A stretch of 64,000 bases of DNA from Octopus vulgaris (lineage: Eukaryota). This document shows, in pieces, positions 56,842 to 64,000 of this stretch; position 1 is the first letter of the stretch; every line of letters starts with the position of its first letter. Both the position numbers and the translations under genes were made by a program. A model generated the notes under the pieces. The model was not told the DNA's origin, did not search any database, and was given only the letters and a program-made list of their open reading frames with translations. The stretch spans positions 37,076,001 to 37,140,000 of the forward strand of contig OX597832.1 of the NCBI GenBank assembly GCA_951406725.2. Reading direction: 5' to 3'.

Positions 56842-57188
56842 GAATATATATTCAAAGATGGTGACTTGCATCAGCACTTGCCTTTACTTTGTCTTGAGCA
56901 CCTTTCAGAAAATTGCACAGAAAATCATCCCTACTTCATGGTAACTAATCTTTATGGTATCCTGAGGTAACAATACACACTATGAAAACACTCAGACCCT
57001 ACATAGACAGAATTTCAGTAGAAAAGTGAAAATTGCAAAGTTTGTATTTCTTCACGTAAAAACTCATAAATCATCCGCGTGTGGCAAAATCCCTGATGAA
57101 TAATAAACACCAACAATTGGAACTTCCCTACTTAGACAGTAAAAAGTCCAGTTCTCTTACACATTAAGAGCAGGCAAAAACATACATA

Positions 57189-57402
57189 CAGTAATCCCTT
57201 GACTATCACAGGAGTTATGTTCCGATTGGTGGAAATCCGTGAAGTAGAAACAGTACTGTACTGTATATTAAAAAAAATTATTTCTATTATTTTTATATAT
57301 TTATTCTATTATAAATACAAAACAACACCATGGAGGAATCGATGTAAACTTAAATAATAAACCGCGATAGGTGAACCGCGATATGGTGGAGGGGATCACT
57401 TT
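57189..57402. mobile_element. pogo/Tigger-like MITE
   Basis: TA-cagtaatccct ... ggggatcact imperfect TIRs; interrupts an array unit. Confidence 0.6.
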
Positions 57403-57749
57403 ATATGATTTTTTGTCTTTTCGTTATTACGATTTGTTGAAAGCAGACGACTGAGGTAAGAACGACTTTGTTTTCAATAATCAACTTCTCAAGCGACATT
57501 ATTTTCTTATACATAAACAGATCTGTTGAAATTGAACAATTGAGGTAAGAACGACTTTGTTTACGCTAACCAATTCCTCATGTGGCATTATTTTCTCATA
57601 TATAAGCAGAAAGGTGTCTGACTTATATGTTTAGATCTCCAGGAATGCAGTTATTGAATACACGATTGAATATTTAGTTAATTAATTAATTAGCTACACG
57701 TGTCTTTATACATAAATCACTTTTGGCTCTAAATGTCTTTAGTCTCTGT

Positions 57750-58760
57750 ATAATGAGATAAAAAACTTATGCGTGGACGTAATATAGAAAGCAAGTTCTA
57801 TCTGTAGTTTTGGGGGGACCAAAAACGTAACAAAAATTTGGTTACATGTGGGCATGATCCGAAAAGTTCTGTGGATGTGTACGTGTGTGCGGGTATGTAT
57901 GTATATAGATGTATGCGCGTGTGCGGACATAAGAGTACATATATATATAGACGTTTTTACTCAGTATTTTTACAATTTTTCCTGTTTTTTTTAGACGTAT
58001 GTATAATCCTTTTTGTGCGTGCGTGTGTGCGTATGTGTATATAGACGTGTGCATATATGGGCGAGTATGTGTGTGTGCGTGCATAAAGGTATGTCTATAT
58101 ATGAACGTGGTTTACTCTTTGTATACTTCCTTATGCCTTTTTTCTGTATTGTTACCCTTAACCCTGTTTTTTCTTGTGCTTGTGCGTATGTAGACGTATG
58201 TATGAACTTTTACGGCGCACGCGTGTGTGTGTGTTTGTATGTATATGCATATACATTTGGCGAAAGATGCGAGTGAAGATGTGTACGTTTTTGTAGTGAT
58301 GTATGCTTACGCACGTGGGTGTTCGAGCGCACATGTGTATGTATGAACAGACGTGCTTACGCGTTTACTATGAACTTTTTACCTTATCTTAATTAGGGGG
58401 TCATTCAAATTAGCGCTTTTGTATAAATAGCGATCTATAACACAGTAATATCCCTTTGTATAACGGTCTTTTTTCATAGCGTTTTTCCGATGGCCAGATA
58501 ACCGAAGAGATGGTGGTGTGGATTTCTACCTCGGCATCTAAAACTCAGAGTTTTATCCTGGTTACCGAATAATTGTCACATAAGAGATAATGGTGTCATT
58601 GAAACCCAAAGGTGTCAAGTAATGCTGAATAATTTTTGCTCTCCTCTCACACCGTCTCCGATGAAGGGATATTATTAATATCCTAGAAAGAGCTGTAAGA
58701 TCTTCTATCTATAAATAGTGTAATATTTATACAACCTTGGTGCTTTTATCTTATTACACA
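57750..58760 (+). mobile_element. Penelope-like 3' region with hammerhead
   Basis: Hammerhead at 58654-58701 within a TG-rich UTR-like block that truncates an array unit. Confidence 0.5.
58654..58701 (+). ncRNA. Minimal hammerhead, CCGAUGA core
   Basis: tct-CCGATGA-a-gggatatt(att)aatatcct-a-GAAA-gagct-GTA-aga. Confidence 0.65.
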
Positions 58761-58789
58761 AAAAATTCATATATATATATAAATATCTT

Positions 58790-58859
<70 letters not shown>

Positions 58860-59100
58860 CTATAAATGTAATATGTGACAATTATTCGGTAGCCACGATA
58901 AACTCCATCTATATATATATAGATTTGTATACATATATACATGCATATGTATATATATATACATATATATGTATATATATATTTGTATATAAAAATATAT
59001 ATGTATATATATACATATATATATATATATACATATATATGTATATAAATGTGTATATATCTATATATATGTATATGTATGTATATATATATATAATGTG

Positions 59101-59135
<35 letters not shown>

Positions 59136-59192
59136 GTGTATATATATATATTTATATATATATGTACATATATATGTATTTATATATTCGTG

Positions 59193-59230
<38 letters not shown>

Positions 59231-59449
59231 CGTGTGTGAGTGTGTGTGTATATTGACTAGCGCATGCATTTCCACAATTCTCAACTGATTCTCACCAAAC
59301 ACTCACATTAGATCCCAATGACGGTCATACACTATAACATTCTGCCCAGAGCTCCCGCCTAAATGAACAAACTGGGAAAAACGGTGATTTACATCGTTTT
59401 TTTTCTCTAATTCATTGTATGTACATACTTTTTTTTTTGTATGTAGTGT

Positions 59450-60070
59450 CTTCCATACTTTTTTTTAATCTATATATGGTCGTCTCTTGGCCTTAGAGAA
59501 TATATATTTTAATGGTTTTCACATTTTTTGATTTATCATTTATTTATATATTGTAATTGTGTATTACTACTTTCTATGTTTTTTATGTGTGTTTGAGTTT
59601 TGGTTAGAGAAGTGAAAGGATTTTCTCTATAATTATTTCAAGTGGTTTCCTTACTTTTTTTAATCTATATGGTCTTATATTTGCATAACAGAATATTTTT
59701 TTAGTTGTTTTCCTATTTTTTAAATTTATTATTTATCTATATGTTGTAATTGTGTATTGTTACTTTCTATACTTTTTTATATGTGTATTGGTATGTATTG
59801 TTTGAGTGTTTTGTTTATAGAGTATATATTTATTTATTTAATTTGACTGTTTTACATTATTTTTTAATCTTTATTGTCGTATATTTGCATTATAGAATAT
59901 TTTTTTATTGTTTTCACATTTTTTGATTTATTATTTATTTATATGTTGTAATTGTGTATTCTTACTTTTTTATATATTTTTGTATATTTGTCTTGGTGTG
60001 TATTTTTTGAGTGTTCTGGTTAGAGAATATTAGAAAAGTGAAAGGATTTTGTCTATTTATTTATTTTACT
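59450..60070. repeat. Three tandem ~200-bp T-rich units, possibly inside a Helitron ending CTAG-T near 61030
   Basis: tttttttaatct...ttgtaattgtgtatt...ttgagt occurs three times. Confidence 0.7.
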
Positions 60071-61041
60071 GTCCATCTGTGACTGTGATTAAATTGACTA
60101 AGAACACTCTACATGATGAATATCCAATACCAAACAATCTTAATCCCCATATCTAAACTGCATTAAACTTTGGCAAGCTTATCTTTACCTATTCTGAGTT
60201 ACTGGAAAGGTGATGTTCCCTTTCCTCTCTTCTGATTGTTGATACCTTTTTTTTTTTTTTTACCTTTGATACCTTTGTTTCATTTTAAGGATGCTTCTTT
60301 ACCCACTTGCGCCTCCACTTGCTGCTGCTGCTAAAGCTGTAGCTACTTCAGAGCAGCACGAAACCTATTGAGTGCATGCTACATGTATCCTGCTCACTTT
60401 TACCATCCTTACAACTTCACAATTATCTGTCTGCCTTACAACTCGACATCTTTTCACTGCAAAAGATTCAAAGCAATATTCGTGAACTGAAGTCAAATTC
60501 TTCGTCTTCATTTTCCGTTACCTGAAATCAATATTAGAGTGGTCGCACACTGTAAGCACATAGCAAATACATCCTTTAACTCTACTTTTTCAAGTAGGTA
60601 TCATATCGCTATTTTTGAACATACAAATCATTTCTCTCTGAAAAAATAGCTCTCTTTGGTGTTGAATAACAAAAACTTGCAGAATGGAAGTTTCAATGTT
60701 TTCCTTCAATTTCCTTCTACCATTTTTGTGGCTGTTTCTGACAAGAGATTTCGCTTTCATGTAAAACAACTATATTTTGTAGTTATTATCCATGATCTAC
60801 TACCAAAACACTTCGGTAGCTCTTCTTTGCATCGTTTGCAAGCTTATATGATCTACGATCATTAAGGTGCAACAGCCTCCACAATAACCAGCCCTCAATT
60901 TGATTTTCCATTCCTAGGTTAATTGGAAACATAGATTGCCATTCTACTCATAAACCTCGATTGTTCAATTATTTGGTGGAAAAAATACTACCAAAGCAAC
61001 TTAAAATGTCCAAAATACAGGTGCATTTTCTAGTATATATA

Positions 61042-61086
<45 letters not shown>

Positions 61087-63189
61087 ATATGTATATATAT
61101 ATATAAGTTCAGTAAAATTTAGATTCAGATGAAGTTTTTGCGTTTGTTTTCATAAGAACTCATATATCACCCATGTATGGCAAAACCCTAGTAAATAATC
61201 AGATGAAAGGATTAAACTTCTCTACTTACATAGTAAAAAAATCCAATTCTCTTAGTGAATAAGTGGAGGTAAAAACGTATGTATACACTTTTTGTTTTGT
61301 CTTTTTGTTATTACAATCTTTCGAAAGCCAACAATTGTGGTAAGAACAACTTTGTTTACGTTAACCAACTTCTCATGCAACATTATTTTCTTATACATAA
61401 ACAGATCTCTTGAAAGCCAAAAGTCGAAGTAGGAACAACTTTGTTTACACTAACCAACTCCTTACACAGCATTATTTTCATATATACAAACAGAAGGGTG
61501 TCTCATTTCCAGGAAAACAAGAAATTGATAATGTAATTAACTATTTAGTTAATTAATTAACTACATGTATATATATATATATAAATCTTTTTAGTCTCTG
61601 CACTGAAAATTAATTTTTCAATCAACTTAAATCTCATGAAGAGCAGTAAATTCCATTTTTCTTTATATTTATGATCCCAAAACATATAAGTCTCTCCATA
61701 TATCCTTTGATTGATTGATTAATTTCTCAATTAGCACCCCTACACTCTCTCACTAGCATGCGTGCACACTCATGCACACACAGAAACACACGCTCTCTTG
61801 CTCTCTCTCTCTTTTGCTCTCCCTCTCTCCATCTCTCCCTACATACCTATCTGTTGGTCATGTGTGTTTATGAGAATATGTCTATAGAAATACTATAGAT
61901 GTATACTCAAAGTCACACAGATCTCTTGATTGACTAATCTGTCAATTCCTCTCTCTCCCTGTAGAACCCCACCCCCACCCACTCTCACACATATGTCCCC
62001 CTTTCACCACTTGACAACCAGTGTTGGTTTACGTCCCTGTAACTTAGCAGTTCAGCAAAAGAGACAGAAAAAACAAGTACTAGGCTTAAAAAACAAAATA
62101 TAAGTACTAGAGTCGATTCATTTAACTAAAACTTTTTCAAGGCAGTGCCCCAGCATGGTCGCAGTCTAATGATGGAAACGAGTAATATAAAAGAAGACAC
62201 CAGTCAAGCACTGGTATCAATTCTTCCATCCTTTTCCCCATGTTGTCTTATTCTCTCTCTCCATTTCTCTCTTTCTTTCTGCAAGAAGTCAACCATGGTT
62301 TGATCTGAAGAGGGACAGGCTTTGCCAAGTTTAAAATACCCTTAATACAGTGCATGATATAATGACATCCCTCTGAGTTTGCTGATTATATCAGTCCCAG
62401 TGCTATACTTGTACTTATTTCATTGATCCTGAATTTGAACTCAGAATATAAAGAGCCAGAAGAAGTGGTGCTTACCGTTTCTTTCATAATCCCAGCCAGC
62501 TAACTGAAATACTTAGAAGAAACAAGAAACTGTGTGGGGGTAAGATGAGGGTAGTTACATGAAGTAAATGGGTGAGATCAACAATAATAAGGAAGACACA
62601 TTAATTAGTAGGATTTACCTGTATGGTTTTAATTAGATTTAAATGTATCAAGTTACACTTTTAACTTTTCATTAACCTGAGGCCTGTCCTGTTCAAGCAG
62701 ACCTATTTCCAAAAGTATTCAGATTTTGACCATTTAGTCATAGTATATCTAAAACTACTCTAGTGTGTTTGTTCTATTTTTCTTAAAATGCTATGGTAAA
62801 ATTTCAGGAAGGTTTTAGCTGCTATTTCTAGAAGGCAAACTGACAGCACAGATCCTCCCTTATAGACTATAAAAACACTATTCTTATTTTGTGGCATCAT
62901 CAATATTTCTATCACAAAGCTCCTAACCCACTTTGTTGATATAAACTGACTTTCAAATAAGCAAATATCTAAACAAACAGATCATATCATGTGATTCTGA
63001 ACAATTGTTTTGTCTAAACACTTGAGACAATCAGTTTGGTCTTTAATGACACTTTTCAACCAGCCAAACTATCTGATTCCCAATCAATAAGTTCTACTAA
63101 TCAATAATGAACTAATTAATGCTTAACGATAGTTCACATGAAATGCCAGACGGTTTGATTCCTGGAAACAATTAGTCTTAAACATACAG

Positions 63190-63297
63190 ATACTCTGATC
63201 CTTTTTGAAGATTTGGATCTTTAACATTCCAGTCAGTAGGTTTATTCCCAATACTCTGAACGTCTGGAGTGTTATCTATCAACATCTCAACAACACT
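63190..63297 (-). CDS. Candidate isolated coding exon, product unknown
   Basis: ccaAG|...VVEMLIDNTPDVQSIGNKPTDWNVKDPNLQKGSEYL|GTATGT; 108 nt, non-repetitive. Confidence 0.3.
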
Positions 63298-64000
63298 TGG
63301 ACAACAAACATCAATTGTAGCCAAAAAGAGATGAATTATTGGGGAAATAATCCAGCATGGCCTTGTTAATAAATATATTGCGGGCACAAGTATAAGGATG
63401 GGCCCAGGAACAGGGGGTGCAAGCACACTCCCTAGAATTTTTGTGGGGGCGTAAGATCAAAATTCACACTCCTACTTACTTTTCTCAGATTTAGAAAACA
63501 GTAAAAAGTAGCTTGAAGTAGGTTTCTTTTCAAAGTACAAAGAACAAAAATAGATAAAAAGACCTTGTTTGTAAAAAAATTCTGGACCTGGGTTTGCATC
63601 CACTAAGCAAATTTCATTCCCAAGCCAATGGGTGTGATTGTCTCAAGTGTTTAGACAAAACAATTTGCTTCCCAACCCCACCAGAAGCAAAATAGGGGTG
63701 TACTTGGGTTTTTGGGGAGAGAATGCAGCTTCTTAATTCCTGCGTTGCTAAATGATCTCAGTATCTGGGAGAAAAAAAAAGTGCAGGACCTTCTAACCCT
63801 TTTGATATCAACCTGCCTGAAACTGCACCTAGTTTTATGATAAAAATTCAATATTTTAAAGTGGTCTAGATTAAGATGTCCTTCAATATTTCCTGTTAAT
63901 TTGTATTCCAGACACCAGAATAATAATGACAAAGTTATTTTAATAAACTCTTCGTTATTTCCCAAATTAATTGAAACTCAGGCAACTCAAGGCAACTCAG

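Overview
AT-rich, extremely microsatellite-dense metazoan genomic DNA with no confidently identifiable intact host gene. The mix of tRNA-headed SINEs, RTE/CR1 LINEs, Penelope-type hammerhead repeats and (TACA)n/(TCTA)n/(TA)n tracts suggests a cephalopod, probably Octopus (inference). Most listed ORFs are microsatellite artefacts or decayed transposons (RTE, CR1, CRE, Penelope, Gypsy, Tc1/mariner, Helitron). Three things stand out. (1) A near-identical 360-bp tandem repeat at 15669-16535, flanked by a 15-bp target-site duplication, with a terminal inversion and one type I hammerhead ribozyme per unit (retrozyme / non-autonomous Penelope architecture). (2) Five further minimal hammerheads in other repeat families, one fused to a tRNA-like Pol III head. 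(3) An 11-copy, same-strand array at ~34.9-62.0 kb of a gene-like unit made of ~65-nt introns, a frame-preserving 24-nt microexon and a Myb/SANT-like (trihelix) ORF. All five ORF copies are disabled, but all 10 microexon copies keep AG/GT splice sites and an open frame. Everything was read by eye; repeat boundaries are approximate.
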